Shown in pieces: positions 20,108-29,475 of a stretch of DNA of 64,000 nt. The translations under genes were made by a program, and so were the position numbers. The DNA lies in the NCBI GenBank assembly GCA_019118765.1, contig DWYI01000049.1, positions 17,059 through 81,058 on the forward strand. The letters are read 5' to 3'. Position 1 is the first letter of the stretch. Every line of letters begins with the position of its first letter. This stretch comes from Candidatus Allofournierella merdavium (GTDB taxonomy: Bacteria > Bacillota > Clostridia > Oscillospirales > Ruminococcaceae). Under the pieces are notes generated by a model. The model was not told the DNA's origin, did no database searches, and worked only from the letters and a program-made list of their open reading frames with translations.

Positions 20108-20260
20108 ATTGGTGAAGTGATCACGAACAGCCATGGAATAACATGATTGAACGACACTGGCTGAAATGATTGAAATGCAACTGCTATAAGAGTATCTGCC
20201 AAGCGCATAGGAGATGGGGGTTTCAAAAGGTATCTGCATTAAGACGAGGAGTGATTTCTG

Positions 20261-22465
20261 ATGTTTGAACTGACGCAAATTCTTTACTATATTGGATGTA
20301 CGCTTGGGACGCTCTTGATTGGAAGTCCCGCGGTTCTTCTGTTGCACCGTGATGGGGCCAAGATTTTTCATCCGAAGTCATGGTTCATGGGAACAACAAT
20401 TATAATGTTGCTTTGTTACTGGATGAGTATGTTCGGAATTCCGATGAAGCAGGCATGGCTGATTGTCGCTGCGCTGTCTTTGATTGTGTGGATTATAGTT
20501 TGGAAGCGCAGGCTCAAGGGAAAAGATTCTTTGTTTGTTGAAAAACAAACAAGGGGTTTGTTGGTGCTTTGTTTTATTGCCGGATCGCTGGCGCTTATAC
20601 CCATGATTGTGTTTAAAGCGTGTTTCCTGTACGGTGATATGTATACCTATGTAAGCATTGCTGATTACCTGCTCCAACATGGCTATGGAAGCACAGTCTC
20701 ATTGGATCCATATTCACCATGGCTGTCACAAGTTTTGCTGTATCAAAGTCATGGGTTTCGGATGGGAGCACAATTTTTCCTCTCGTTTTGGACAGCGGCT
20801 CTGCAGCAAGAGTTTTCCGTTTTTGTTTACTCGCCGGCATCGGCCTTTGGAATCAGCTTGTATGGCATGGCCGTGTGGGAATTTACACAGTCGGTTTGGA
20901 AACTTAGTCCGCGACGGGTAGCCTATGCGGTGATCTTTTCGGCGTTTAATATTCCGTTTGTGATTTGGAGCGCCGTATATGGCTTCTTCCCTCAATTGCT
21001 GGGGCTTGCGTTTTTCATAATGGCTCTCGGAACAGTGGTAAAACTGCTTGTTCACCATCAGAAGTTTTCCGTGTTGGACTATGTAGAGGGTAGCTTGTGG
21101 ATTGCCTCCATGGCGTTTTGCTATAGTGAAGTTGTGCCGTTCTTTGTGGTTTTTACTTCTGTTCTGTATTTTACACAGAACAGGAGTAAAAAGGCGTTTT
21201 TGCAGGGGTTTAAATCATTGGCACTGATTGCGGTATTTAGCCTGACCGTATTGGGAAAGTATGCCATTGAAATGTTTGGTTCAATCATTACAATGATGGG
21301 AGCTGCGGTAGGCTGGGAGCAACGATTGAACTGGATAGGATATCTGGCTTGTTGGTTCTCTTCCGCGCCAGTGCAGTATAACTTTGTTGATGCCCAATAT
21401 CCATTAGTACCACATACTGTGTTTGTCACAGCTACGATTATTATGCTGGCACTGCTGGTATATGGACTGTGCGTTCACAAAAGTGATTCAAAAACAAAGC
21501 ATCTGACAATAGGTGCAATCCTTGCAATCCCATTGCTTCTCTTCCTGGTTTACTTTGGTAATATAGCAGAAAATCCGTTTGGCAATGGGTATGGGAACTC
21601 GTGGTCAGTGTTTAAGTTGGCGCAATACGCATTCCCTGTTATAGGCTGCTTTCTGTTTCCTTACTTTGCGGATGTTTTTCAAGGAGGCGGCCTGATAAAG
21701 CGTAGCCTTTCGATTGCGTTTCCCAGCGTCTTTTGCGTAGTGGGGTTGATGCATGCCGTTCTCTATTCCGATAGCGTTACCGAATCAATGAGAAAATATA
21801 CAAACTACGCGGAAAATCCCATTATGGCTTATATAGACATAGCAAAGCATTATGAGGGTGAAACAAGAGTCCTCAACTTACTTGGTTTTGATGAACATCA
21901 AAGTGAGAGAAAAATCCTTACCTACTTTTTGCGCGGAAATAAACTTGCCTCTGACTGGAGCAGCGACGGGTATTTTTCTCTTTACAAAAATAAAGATCCG
22001 GAGATTGTATCGGACGGCTTGTTTTTGATTTATGACCCCAAGGCAACGGAGCCGATGTTAAAACTCACAGAAATGACAGCGGAGAACTGTGTCTTGATGG
22101 AGGAAAACTATGGCGTCGGCGGTACAGAAAATTCTGCCGAGAATGTGAGTTGGACATGGAATGAATCTGAAAGCCAGTACGCAGTCACAAATTATTCAGT
22201 GAAAGAATCTGTCCTTTTGTCGGCGGAACTGGCAAATGCAAGCGCGATTCCTGGCGCTAGTGTGGATGTATACCTGAACGACCAGCTCATTCAAACCGTG
22301 GAACTTATCCCTGCACAGCGCATACCTTTTTCTGCCAATCTGAAGATCCCATCCGGGACTACTACCTTGGTGAAATTTGTGTACCATGGCGAATCGGTTC
22401 AGGAGCCGGGCGGCCAGCGGACTTTGAATTTGGGCATTTGGAACATCGCTTGCACTGTTTCTTGA
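20261..22465 (+). CDS. large polytopic membrane protein with a C-terminal soluble domain (GT-C-like glycosyltransferase or oligosaccharyl/ligase-type enzyme; family not resolved)
   Basis: 734 aa with many hydrophobic helices over the first ~500 aa. An early loop carries GDMYTYVSIADY. The ~230-aa hydrophilic C-terminal part is beta-rich in appearance. RBS gaggag. AT-rich codon usage. Confidence 0.55.
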   Translation: MFELTQILYYIGCTLGTLLIGSPAVLLLHRDGAKIFHPKSWFMGTTIIMLLCYWMSMFGIPMKQAWLIVAALSLIVWIIVWKRRLKGKDSLFVEKQTRGLLVLCFIAGSLALIPMIVFKACFLYGDMYTYVSIADYLLQHGYGSTVSLDPYSPWLSQVLLYQSHGFRMGAQFFLSFWTAALQQEFSVFVYSPASAFGISLYGMAVWEFTQSVWKLSPRRVAYAVIFSAFNIPFVIWSAVYGFFPQLLGLAFFIMALGTVVKLLVHHQKFSVLDYVEGSLWIASMAFCYSEVVPFFVVFTSVLYFTQNRSKKAFLQGFKSLALIAVFSLTVLGKYAIEMFGSIITMMGAAVGWEQRLNWIGYLACWFSSAPVQYNFVDAQYPLVPHTVFVTATIIMLALLVYGLCVHKSDSKTKHLTIGAILAIPLLLFLVYFGNIAENPFGNGYGNSWSVFKLAQYAFPVIGCFLFPYFADVFQGGGLIKRSLSIAFPSVFCVVGLMHAVLYSDSVTESMRKYTNYAENPIMAYIDIAKHYEGETRVLNLLGFDEHQSERKILTYFLRGNKLASDWSSDGYFSLYKNKDPEIVSDGLFLIYDPKATEPMLKLTEMTAENCVLMEENYGVGGTENSAENVSWTWNESESQYAVTNYSVKESVLLSAELANASAIPGASVDVYLNDQLIQTVELIPAQRIPFSANLKIPSGTTTLVKFVYHGESVQEPGGQRTLNLGIWNIACTVS

Positions 22466-22829
22466 TGCCCGCGAAATCAACTGCAAGATTTGTTTCAATG
22501 AATAAGATTGTGATTTTTGAAGAGGACACTTTCATCCACCTTGTATCCTTGCCTACAGTTTGTCATATGGCGGAAGTGGCTTCAGCCCCTACTTGTACTT
22601 TTGATTCCAAAACATGAAAAGAATACGTTTCATTTTTGAAGCGCATACTACGATTACAATTTCCAAACAGGTCATTTATGAGTTTTCCCATATAAATATC
22701 ATCATCGTTAAGTGAGCATAAGGGGCTAATTTCTTGTTCGGTTGAGAATCTATGAAATGCCCGTATTGGTAGCGAGCTATTCACAATGTGGTGTTAGCCA
22801 TCATCGAATAAAACGAGGAGGACGCAAAA

Positions 22830-23612
22830 ATGAAAGCAGTTATTCTTGCGGGTGGTTTTGGCACCCGAATTTCAGAGGAAAGCCAATTTAAACCCAAGCC
22901 CATGGTGGAATTGGGAGGCATGCCGATCCTGTGGCACATCATGAAGCTGTATGGCCATTATGGCATCAACGAGTTTGTGATTTGCGCCGGTTACAAACAA
23001 CATGTGATTAAAGAGTATTTTGCCGATTATTTCCTGCATACTTCGGATATCACCTATGACTTTACCCATGGCAGAAATGAGATGATTGTGCATTACAACA
23101 CCTCGGAGCCTTGGAAAGTTACGGTGGTGGACACCGGCCTTAACACCATGACCGGCGGCCGGGTGAAGAGGATCCGCGACTATATGGACAATGAGCCCTT
23201 CATGTTGACCTACGGCGACGGCGTGGCCAACATTAATATCCAGGAGCTGCTGGATTTCCACCGCGCCCATGGCAAGATGGTTACCATATCCGCTTATAAC
23301 GCAGGCCAGCGGTTTGGTGTGCTGGACATCGATGGACAGGGCCGGATTACTGAATTCCGGGAAAAAACGCAGGGCGACGGCAACATGATCAATATTGGTT
23401 ATATGGTGTGCCAACCGGAATTCATTGATTACATCCAGAATGACAGCACCGTGCTGGAAAAGGAGCCCCTGGAGCGAGTTGCAAAGGAAGGCCAGCTGAT
23501 GGCCTACAAACACACTGGGTTCTGGCAGTGCATGGATACAATGCGAGAAAAGGAACAGCTGGAAAAAATGTGGGCGGCCGGACGTGCCCCTTGGAAAGTG
23601 TGGGAAGACTGA
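22830..23612 (+). CDS. rfbF: glucose-1-phosphate cytidylyltransferase
   Basis: MKAVILAGGFGTRISEES..KPKPMVELGGMPILWHIMK..YGHYGINEFVICAGYK is characteristic of RfbF/DdhA. Confidence 0.93.
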   Translation: MKAVILAGGFGTRISEESQFKPKPMVELGGMPILWHIMKLYGHYGINEFVICAGYKQHVIKEYFADYFLHTSDITYDFTHGRNEMIVHYNTSEPWKVTVVDTGLNTMTGGRVKRIRDYMDNEPFMLTYGDGVANINIQELLDFHRAHGKMVTISAYNAGQRFGVLDIDGQGRITEFREKTQGDGNMINIGYMVCQPEFIDYIQNDSTVLEKEPLERVAKEGQLMAYKHTGFWQCMDTMREKEQLEKMWAAGRAPWKVWED

Positions 23613-24682
23613 TGGATTATTTGAATCTGGAGTTTTATCAGGGGAAAAAGATCTTTGTGACCGGGCATACTGGCTTCAAAGGCACCTGGCTGTGCCATAT
23701 GTTGGCGCTTGCCGGCGCGCAGATCACTGGCTATTCGCTCCCTGCGCCCACGCAGCCCAATCTGTTTGAGCTTTCCGGCCTGGAAAGCAAAATGACCTCG
23801 GTCATTGGCGACGTGCGGGATCGCGAAAAGCTGATGGAGATTTTTCGCAAGGCACAGCCGGAGATCGTTTTGCATCTGGCGGCGCAGCCCATCGTGCGCG
23901 ACAGCTACAAGGATCCGGCCTTTACTTACGAGACCAACGTGATGGGCACGGTCAATCTGTTGGAGTGCGTGCGCAGCGCACAGGTACCTGTGCGCTCGGT
24001 GGTGAACGTCACCACCGATAAGGTCTATCTGAACCGGGAATGGTGTTGGGGCTACCGGGAGGACGAGATGCTGGATGGCTACGACCCCTACTCCAATTCT
24101 AAATCCTGTTCGGAATTGGTGACCCACAGCTATTGCCACAGCTTTTTCAACACCGAGGATGCGCCGGCCGTCTCAACGGCGCGGGCGGGCAATGTGATTG
24201 GCGGCGGCGACTTTGCGAATGACCGCATTATTCCCGACTGTGTGCGCGCTGCTGTGTCGGGGCAGACCATCGCCGTGCGCAATCCCTATTCCACTCGTCC
24301 TTACCAGCATGTGCTGGAACCCCTGTTTGCCTACCTGATGATTGCACGCATGCAGTATGAGGACAAGCGTTATGCCGGCTGGTATAATGTGGGCCCGGAC
24401 GATTGCGACTGTGTCACTACAGGTGAATTGACAGATTTGTTCTGCGAAGAGTGGGGCGCACCAGCTTGCTGGCAAACGCAGGCAGAGCAAAACGCACCGC
24501 ACGAGGCAAATTTTTTGAAACTTGACTGCACAAAACTGAAATCTACGTTTGGCTGGAAACCTCGCTGGCACATCCGAGAGGCGGTCGCCCAAACTGTTGC
24601 ATGGAGCAAGGTTTGGTGTGCTGGCGGGAGTATTCCAGACGAAATGGACCGAGAGATTAAAACATTCCAAAAGGAAGACTAA
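23612..24682 (+). CDS. rfbG: CDP-glucose 4,6-dehydratase
   Basis: Start overlaps the rfbF stop. KKIFVTGHTGFKGTWL, PYSNSKSCSE and RAGNVIGGGD motifs typical of RfbG/DdhB. Confidence 0.9.
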   Translation: MDYLNLEFYQGKKIFVTGHTGFKGTWLCHMLALAGAQITGYSLPAPTQPNLFELSGLESKMTSVIGDVRDREKLMEIFRKAQPEIVLHLAAQPIVRDSYKDPAFTYETNVMGTVNLLECVRSAQVPVRSVVNVTTDKVYLNREWCWGYREDEMLDGYDPYSNSKSCSELVTHSYCHSFFNTEDAPAVSTARAGNVIGGGDFANDRIIPDCVRAAVSGQTIAVRNPYSTRPYQHVLEPLFAYLMIARMQYEDKRYAGWYNVGPDDCDCVTTGELTDLFCEEWGAPACWQTQAEQNAPHEANFLKLDCTKLKSTFGWKPRWHIREAVAQTVAWSKVWCAGGSIPDEMDREIKTFQKED

Positions 24683-24694
24683 GGGGATCGTTCG

Positions 24695-25627
24695 ATGAAA
24701 AAATTGATAACCGTTGTGGTGCCAACATTTAATGAGGAACTCAACGTGGAAAACGTGTGGCAGCGAGTTACGAATATTATGAACAAGCAACTGCCACAAT
24801 ACGATTATGAGATTTTGTATGTAGATAACTGCTCGTTGGATAGGACGCAGGAAATCATTTCCGCCTTGGCAGAAAAAGACAGTCACGTTAAGGCCATTTT
24901 CAATGCACGGAACTTCGGGTATGTAAAGAACGTATACTACGCGATAACGCAGGCGAAAGGTGACTGCGCATTCCTGCTCCATGCAGACTTGCAGAATCCC
25001 CCTGAAATGCTGGTGGAGTTTGTCCAATATTGGGAGGAAGGCTATAAGGTCATTGCGGGCGTGAAGAAAAGCAGCAAAGAAAACAAATTGCTGTTTGCCG
25101 CAAAAGGAATGTACTATCACCTGATGAAGAAAATTTCCGATTCGGAGATGATCGAGCAGTTAACAGACTTTGGCCTCTATGATCGGAAATTCCTGGATGT
25201 GTTAAAGAATCTGGATGATACTTTACCCTATTTTAAGGGAATCGTTTCAGAGCTTGGCTTTGACCTGAAGATAGTCGAGTTTGACCAGAATGACCGGGAA
25301 AAAGGGAAATCATTTACCAACTTTTTCAAAAGCTATGACTACGCAATGCTGGGCATCACAACATATACCAAGCTGATCCGCGCTGCAAGCTGGGCTGGTT
25401 TGCTTTTGGGGATCTTGTGTGTTGTAATCGCTGTCATCACATTCGTGCTGAAATTACTCAACTGGGCTTCCTTCCCCACAGGTGTAGCGGCAATTTGCAT
25501 AGGCGTGTTTTTCATTGGAGCAATCCAGCTGTTCTTCCTGGGGCTGCTGGGCGAATATGTGATCTGTATCAACACAAGGCTTCTGCGGCGGCCGCTGGTA
25601 ATTGAAGAAAAGAGGATTCATTATTGA
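24695..25627 (+). CDS. GT2 polyprenyl-phosphate glycosyltransferase (GtrB/CsbB/ArnC-like)
   Basis: N-terminal VVVPTFNEE GT2 fold, plus two C-terminal TM helices and a LGEYV..RRP tail, as in GtrB/DPM1-like lipid-carrier glycosyltransferases. Confidence 0.8.
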   Translation: MKKLITVVVPTFNEELNVENVWQRVTNIMNKQLPQYDYEILYVDNCSLDRTQEIISALAEKDSHVKAIFNARNFGYVKNVYYAITQAKGDCAFLLHADLQNPPEMLVEFVQYWEEGYKVIAGVKKSSKENKLLFAAKGMYYHLMKKISDSEMIEQLTDFGLYDRKFLDVLKNLDDTLPYFKGIVSELGFDLKIVEFDQNDREKGKSFTNFFKSYDYAMLGITTYTKLIRAASWAGLLLGILCVVIAVITFVLKLLNWASFPTGVAAICIGVFFIGAIQLFFLGLLGEYVICINTRLLRRPLVIEEKRIHY

Positions 25628-25631
25628 AATC

Positions 25632-26822
25632 ATGAAATATGATGTAATCGTTGTTGGAGCAGGCTTTACAGGCAGTGTTATTGCCAGACAGCTGTCGGAT
25701 CGCCTAAACATGAAGTCTCTCATCATCGAAAAAAGAAACCACATTGCGGGCAATATGTACGACAAAACCATTGGCAACAATATTTTCGTACATATGTACG
25801 GCCCTCATTCCTTTTTTACGGACGAAAAATGGATTGTAGGGTATATTAAAAAGTTCGCGGAATGGAAAGATCTGGATGTAACCGCCGAGGTGGAAATAGA
25901 CCATAAGCTGTATTCTCTTCCATTTGGGTTTTCTTTTATTCGCGAGTATTATCCATCTGAACAAGCTCAGGCCCTTATCGGCAAATTGCAGGAAGAATTC
26001 CCGGGGGAAGAGCGGGTCACTATTTTTGAACTGCTGAACAGCAAGGAGCCAGCTGTTGTAGAATTTGCCAAGATGTTGTGCGAAAAGGACTATTACCCTT
26101 ACAGCTCCAAACAGTGGGGGATCCCTATGGATAAAATGGATCCCAGCGTGATTGGAAGGGTCAAATTCGCGCTCTCTGAAGACAACCGATATATCCAGCA
26201 AAAATATCAGCTAACCCCTGTTGAGGGCTTTACGGCATTTTTTGAGAAATTGCTGGATTCTCCGAACATTACTGTCATCAAAGAGACGGACGCCCTGGAA
26301 TATCTGGAATTCTGTGCCTCGGATCACACAGTTCGATTTTTCTGGAATGGAACAACATACAATTGCCCGGTGGTGTTCACCGGACCGATCGATGAACTGT
26401 TTGGATGCCAATATGGGGCACTGCCATACAGGTCGCTTGAAATTCAGTTCGAGTCGTTTGAGCAGGACAGCTATCAGGACGTTCCATTTATTTCCTATCC
26501 ACAGGCGGACGGCTACACAAGGATTGTCGAGTATAAGAAATTGACAGGCCAAGAGAATGAAAAGGGAACAGTCATATCGGTGGAGTATCCGGAACAATAT
26601 GCAAAAGGAAAGAATCTGCCCTATTATCCCATTATTAACGCGCCAAATTTGACTTTGTATGACCGTTATCACAAGCTTGCAAGCGAATATAAGAATTTGT
26701 TTGTATGTGGGCGGCTTGGCGACTACAAATACTACAATATGGATGCCGCAATTGTTCGTGCAATGGAAGTGGAAAGGCAGATCGAAGAATATCTTTGCAA
26801 AGAAAACAGCGAGGAACGATAG
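25632..26822 (+). CDS. UDP-galactopyranose mutase family flavoenzyme (nucleotide-sugar pyranose/furanose mutase; substrate uncertain)
   Basis: YDVIVVGAGFTGSVIA FAD loop, EKRNHIAGNMYD, YGPHSFFT and GRLGDYKYYNMDAAI motifs typical of Glf/UGM. Confidence 0.8.
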   Translation: MKYDVIVVGAGFTGSVIARQLSDRLNMKSLIIEKRNHIAGNMYDKTIGNNIFVHMYGPHSFFTDEKWIVGYIKKFAEWKDLDVTAEVEIDHKLYSLPFGFSFIREYYPSEQAQALIGKLQEEFPGEERVTIFELLNSKEPAVVEFAKMLCEKDYYPYSSKQWGIPMDKMDPSVIGRVKFALSEDNRYIQQKYQLTPVEGFTAFFEKLLDSPNITVIKETDALEYLEFCASDHTVRFFWNGTTYNCPVVFTGPIDELFGCQYGALPYRSLEIQFESFEQDSYQDVPFISYPQADGYTRIVEYKKLTGQENEKGTVISVEYPEQYAKGKNLPYYPIINAPNLTLYDRYHKLASEYKNLFVCGRLGDYKYYNMDAAIVRAMEVERQIEEYLCKENSEER

Positions 26823-26823
26823 T

Positions 26824-27387
26824 ATGGCATTCGCTTTTGAAAACACTCCAATTGATGGAGTGATCCTGATTCATTCGCACACGTATTTTGATGACAGAGG
26901 TTTGTATAAAAAGGTCTACGAGAAAAACGTATTTCAAGAAGCAGGCATTCGGGTGGAGTTTACGGAGACCAGCGACCTTTATTCCCAAAAAGGCGCATTG
27001 CGGGGTCTGCACTATCAGACGAACTATTCCCAGGCTAAACTGATTCATGTGGTCACAGGGATTATTTTTGATGTCGCTTTGGATCTTCGCCGGGAGTCCA
27101 GAACATTTGGCAAGTACTTTGCAACACTGTTAAAGCCGGAAGATCACTGCGCCGTGTATATCCCCGAAGGTTTCGCGCATGGCTTCATCACGCTGAGTGA
27201 TGAGGCAATATTCTCCTACCAATGTTCGGGGAAATACGATCCTGCTTCTTGCGGAGGGATTTTGTGGAACGACCCCGATTTGGGTATTCCCTGGCCGCTG
27301 AAAGAGTATGGCGTGGATAGAGTTATCTGCACCGACAAAGATAAAAGCTGGCCGACGTTCAAAGAGTATTGTTCTGCAATGAGGTAA
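26824..27387 (+). CDS. RmlC-like cupin nucleotide-sugar 3,5- (or 5-/3-) epimerase
   Basis: Track ORF trimmed to ATG 26824. DDRG, GALRGLHYQ, QAKLIHVVTGIIFDVALDLR and PEGFAHGF match the dTDP-4-dehydrorhamnose 3,5-epimerase fold. Confidence 0.85.
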   Translation: MAFAFENTPIDGVILIHSHTYFDDRGLYKKVYEKNVFQEAGIRVEFTETSDLYSQKGALRGLHYQTNYSQAKLIHVVTGIIFDVALDLRRESRTFGKYFATLLKPEDHCAVYIPEGFAHGFITLSDEAIFSYQCSGKYDPASCGGILWNDPDLGIPWPLKEYGVDRVICTDKDKSWPTFKEYCSAMR

Positions 27388-27395
27388 TGGATGGT

Positions 27396-28397
27396 ATGAA
27401 AAAAGTTCTTCTGACAGGGGCAACAGGATTCATTGGAAGGAACCTTGTGAAGGAATTATTGCTGCATGATGTGGAGATTATCGCCGTTGTTCGGGAAGAA
27501 CATGAGCAGCAGAAAACACAGTGGAGACTAGAGAAGAACATTCGACTGGTATACTGTGACTTGGAACATTATTCTCGTTTGCCGCAGCTGATCGCTGACC
27601 GGGACATAGATGTGGCATACCATTTGGCATGGAGAGGTGTTTCAGGGCCGGATTTGCGCGATGCCGCCCTGCAGATCGCGAACATTGAAGGAACATTGGA
27701 GCTGATCCATGCTCTTTCTCAAATGAATTGCCGGTCATTTGTTGGCGCGGGCAGTCTTCACGAGATAGAAAGCTTTTACGAAATGGCGGAAGATAAGCCA
27801 ATCAGTAATTTGGGCTACATGTATAAGGCGGCAAAACTATCGGCACATTGGATGGGTAAAGCGTTAGCTGGCTCCAAGGGCCTGCGTTTCTTCTGGCCGA
27901 TCGTTTCTAACGCATACGGAGATGGCGAAAACTCCAAAAGACTGATTAATTCTATCATAAGAGAGATGATGGAAGGCAAACAGCCCGCGCTGTCGCCAGG
28001 AAAACAAAACTATGATTTTGTATACATCAGTGATGTTGCACATGCTTTCTATCTGATCGGTGAGTATGGTGTTGACGGGACAAACTATTTCATTGGCTCT
28101 GGAAAAGTCAGGCCTCTAAAAGAGTATCTCCAAAAAGTGGGGGATATGGTCAATCAGGCTAACGGCACGAATGTAGAATTAGGGTTTGGAAAAATACAAG
28201 CAAATGTTGTTTATTTGCCTGAAGAAGTTTTCAGTATTGAAACATTAGAAAAAGACACTGGCTTTATCCCAAAGGTTAGTTTTGAAGAAGGAATAAAACG
28301 GACCATAGCTTGTATACAAGATGAGATGACCGAAAAAGCGGGGGCCCATGAACGGTGTTCACTGACTCAGAGCGAAACAGAAGTCCCGGGAGCATAA
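27396..28397 (+). CDS. NAD(P)-dependent SDR epimerase/reductase (probable nucleotide-sugar 4-ketoreductase)
   Basis: VLLTGATGFIGRNL Rossmann loop and YKAAK catalytic motif. The start could instead be ATG 27387. Confidence 0.75.
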   Translation: MKKVLLTGATGFIGRNLVKELLLHDVEIIAVVREEHEQQKTQWRLEKNIRLVYCDLEHYSRLPQLIADRDIDVAYHLAWRGVSGPDLRDAALQIANIEGTLELIHALSQMNCRSFVGAGSLHEIESFYEMAEDKPISNLGYMYKAAKLSAHWMGKALAGSKGLRFFWPIVSNAYGDGENSKRLINSIIREMMEGKQPALSPGKQNYDFVYISDVAHAFYLIGEYGVDGTNYFIGSGKVRPLKEYLQKVGDMVNQANGTNVELGFGKIQANVVYLPEEVFSIETLEKDTGFIPKVSFEEGIKRTIACIQDEMTEKAGAHERCSLTQSETEVPGA

Positions 28398-28579
28398 GGG
28401 AATGAATAGGAACGCCCTAAAAAGGCGGAGATTGTCACAGACAGAAACAACTGAACGCGGTGTCGGCTGAGGTACGATACCCACTGTGAAGGGTGTCTGG
28501 ATGGGAATATACTTGGCCGGACGGGTAGTGTCAAGAGTTTTGCGCCAATTTGTTTGCAGTTTCTGGCATGATGAAGTCG

Positions 28580-29454
28580 ACCAGCAATGGAGGTATCCTC
28601 AACAGTAGCCTCCAGATGCTTCATGTCCATATATTTCTTAGCCCCACAGGGTATGACTACAAGGCGTGGTCGGGCACAGACCAGCATAAGGGCAGAGTTA
28701 GCGTCCAGGAACCGCCCAACAAAGAGTGCAGCAGTGGATCTCACGGTTCGGCTGTTCAATGACATTGTTGGTGCGGATGGAGTCCAGTGCTTGCTGGAAA
28801 AATCGCAGCAGATCAGCACTTCCTCGACGCTATTTTCCACCTTCTTGGCGCCCCCCTGTCAGTTTCATGGAATGAAGTTCTTCTTCGATCACAGCTTTGA
28901 GCTTCTCACAGGCTGCTTTCTTGCCCCTCTGGGCGTGAATCGCTTTGAGCACTTTGGCTACCAGCTTAACCTTAGAGAGGTGTAACCGAGAGCACTTTAC
29001 AATAGAAGAGGACGGTACACTGTGGGCATTTGGGCTGGGAAAACACTTCTCCCACAGCCTCCAACATACCAAGGCACTTGTCGTCAACAAAGAGCTTCGC
29101 GCCATCCGGGTCATGGCTACGCAGCCGTTGGAAGAAACTGACCCAACTGGCCTTGCCCCCTTTCATGCCCTCGGCGGCGCCCGGAACCTCTCGATATCTG
29201 TCTTCATCTACCGTAACCGCCACAAGAATAGCCTGATTTTTAAACTCTTTGCCCCGGTTGCGGCGCAGGCAGATGCCATCCGTGCAGACATACGGATGCC
29301 GCCCTCCTTGCAAGGGGCGGCTCCGCCAATCCTCAATGTGGACACACGCTTTCTTATTTAACTCACGGATGGTAGATGGGGATGCTTTGCTTCCCCACAG
29401 GGCCTCGGTAATATCCTCTACACGCCGCTGGATCGGATAACGAACCGATGCCAT
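28580..29454 (-). pseudogene. IS256-family (mutator-type) transposase remnant, 5'-truncated and frameshifted
   Basis: Three consecutive minus-strand frames (28972-29454, 28830-29114, 28367-28840) together read like an IS256 transposase. Matching segments include RRVEDITEALWG, ILVAVTVDEDRYREV, KASWVSFF, KVLKAIHAQ, TMSLNSRTVR and NSALMLVCAR. About 100 N-terminal residues are missing. The left end of the element is not definable. Confidence 0.8.
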
Positions 29455-29475
29455 GATGGAGCAGGCTTTTTGGGG

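Noticed and set aside
19519-20371. Minus-strand and alternate-frame ORFs across the 63-bp repeat array; also considered as a possible CRISPR array
   Set aside because: The repeats are contiguous with no spacers and are in frame within a methyltransferase gene. They encode a heptad-compatible helix. The antisense ORFs are by-products of the periodic sequence.
22563-22784. 73-aa minus-strand ORF in the AT-rich joint between the two halves of the glycan locus
   Set aside because: It has no RBS and no recognisable motif, and it runs opposite to the whole locus. More likely non-coding junction DNA between acquired cassettes.
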